DNA of 64,000 nucleotides, the filler included, from Basidiobolus ranarum (taxonomy: Eukaryota): NCBI GenBank assembly GCA_040143965.1. It is 26 parts of 26 records of this genome, joined end to end, with 100 filler letters (N's around TTAATTAATTAA, not from the genome) between each part and the next. Parts side by side here need not be neighbours in the genome. Positions count along the whole stretch, not along the records: positions 61,664 to 64,000 come from JASJQH010010334.1; 25 more parts are not named here. One strand, given 5' to 3'. The notes below the pieces were generated by a model. The model was not told the DNA's origin. It saw nothing but the letters and a program-made list of their open reading frames with translations, and did no database searches. Positions 62,556-64,000 of this stretch are shown here, piece by piece (positions within the stretch are counted from its first letter, which is position 1; every line of letters begins with the position of its first letter). The position numbers and the translations under genes are program-made.

Positions 62556-64000
62556 GCAACTTGACTTGGATGGAGCAAATCACACCATTACAGTCTTTTG
62601 TGATCAAAAGAATCTTCAGTACTTCGGTACACAAAAGTCTTCAACCATCATCAAGCAACATAGTCATTATTTCTGGTCAGTATTGAATTTGTGATTATAT
62701 ATTGAACTGATAGCCAGCAAGGAAAAACTTACAGCTTATTGTGTAGAGCTGAATAGCAGCCTAAAGAAGGGGATTAGGCCTTTAGCCAACAAAATACCCC
62801 CCTACTGAAGCCCCATCAACTGCCAACTGGTACAACTGCACTTTCTCTCCCTGGTTCAAGCACATTCCATGAAGTGATCCACAAATATCAATCAAAAGAC
62901 CCTTTGGTAATATCAATCAAGAAAGCCTAGGTTAAACCCAAAAGCTCTTGAAATTTGACATGTAACACCATTTCTCTATCATCCAAGATCTCTTGTTTTG
63001 TAAGAAGCATTCTTGTATCTTGCAGCCACTTCTAATCCCTGCTCAGCAGTGGAAATCTATATCCCTGGAATTCATCATTTACCCACCCTTGTCTGTCAAA
63101 TAAAATTCAATTCTGGTAATTGTTGACTGTCTAACAAGGAGAGCCCACATTTTGCCCTGCAACTAGTCAATTCACCAAAAACAAATAACACAATTATTAA
63201 CTAAAAATATCTTCCACCTATATGAATTCCCCAAAACTATCATATCTGACTAAGGCCCTCAGCTTCCTTCCAAGAGCAAAGTCCCTGCTTTGCAAGTTAT
63301 TGATTCCATCTTTGTTTCACTATTCACCAACTATCCAATCTACCTTGTCCTACTACCTCATATCTTCCCACTTTCCTCAAGGATATCCATAAACACATAA
63401 TATTTAAGGTGAAGCATGCTCAATCCCAATACAAGAACTTTATTAATCCAAAAAGAAAGCCAAGCCCAGATCACTAGCCAGGAGATTTTGTATTGCTAAA
63501 ACACAAAAACATCAAGATCACTATCCTTGTGAAAAACCTGATCATTCAAGACCAGGGCCTTTTACAATTATTAAGCCACTCAATTTGTAGTCTTGCATCT
63601 TGCACTCCCAGACTATTTCAAAGTTCACAACATACTTCATATGTCTCTCCTATAGCCACATTCCAAAAACACCATCTGTGGCCAATCCATTGACCCTCTC
63701 CCTCAGCAATTCAAGTACAAGAGCATTCTGAATATGAAGTCAGCAGAATTCTAGATTCCAGAATCTTTAAAAGTAAATTGCAATATTTAGTGGGCTGGAA
63801 GAGATACTTAACAAAGGATCAATCAAGGGAACCACCAACAAATAGCTCCAACTCTAAGCAATTTGGCTAGGATTTCGTGAAGCCTACCCAGAAAAACCTG
63901 GCCCTATGATGTCTCAAAGCCATCACTATTGGAGGGGATACTTTTATGATTCTGATCTTGGCATACTAATGCACTGCAAATGGAATACTTCTATTATTAG
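62556..64000 (+). mobile_element. Chromoviral Ty3/gypsy pol remnant (RNase H, integrase, chromodomain), PPT and start of LTR-C
   Basis: ITVFCDQKNLQYF, ILVIVDCLT, EYEVSRILDSRIFKSKLQYLVGWK. GGAGGGGATAC is followed by LTR-C sequence at about 63942. Confidence 0.9.

Overview
This is not one locus. The window is 26 short contigs of about 2.36-2.38 kb, sorted by decreasing length and joined by an artificial 100-nt linker (N44-TTAATTAATTAA-N44), so adjacency across linkers means nothing. The source is a repeat-rich fungal genome: short GT-AG introns, fungal type-I FAS, a CBM19-like chitin-binding domain and a secreted subtilisin. An early-diverging lineage (Zoopagomycota/Mucoromycota-like) is my inference. 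Most of the sequence is nested, degenerate, CpG-depleted transposons: several Ty1/copia families with a half-tRNAiMet primer site, a chromoviral Ty3/gypsy family, a CCC-terminal CMC/EnSpm-like DNA transposon, a 182-bp MITE and one APE-RT LINE. Host sequences are FAS beta-type domains (open frame), a mitochondrial IF2 pseudogene, 5' ends of an ACS-family MFS transporter and a subtilisin, a Thr/Val-repeat CBM19-like protein with two in-frame TAGs, a PAF-acetylhydrolase-like remnant and tRNA-Pro(CGG). Best leads: (1) a LINE with an uninterrupted ORF2 in which I find no CpG in 2.36 kb; (2) a CMC transposon carrying an unknown, divergently oriented second gene; (3) a tRNA-derived sequence just inside an LTR-like terminus. 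All calls are by eye, without database searches.
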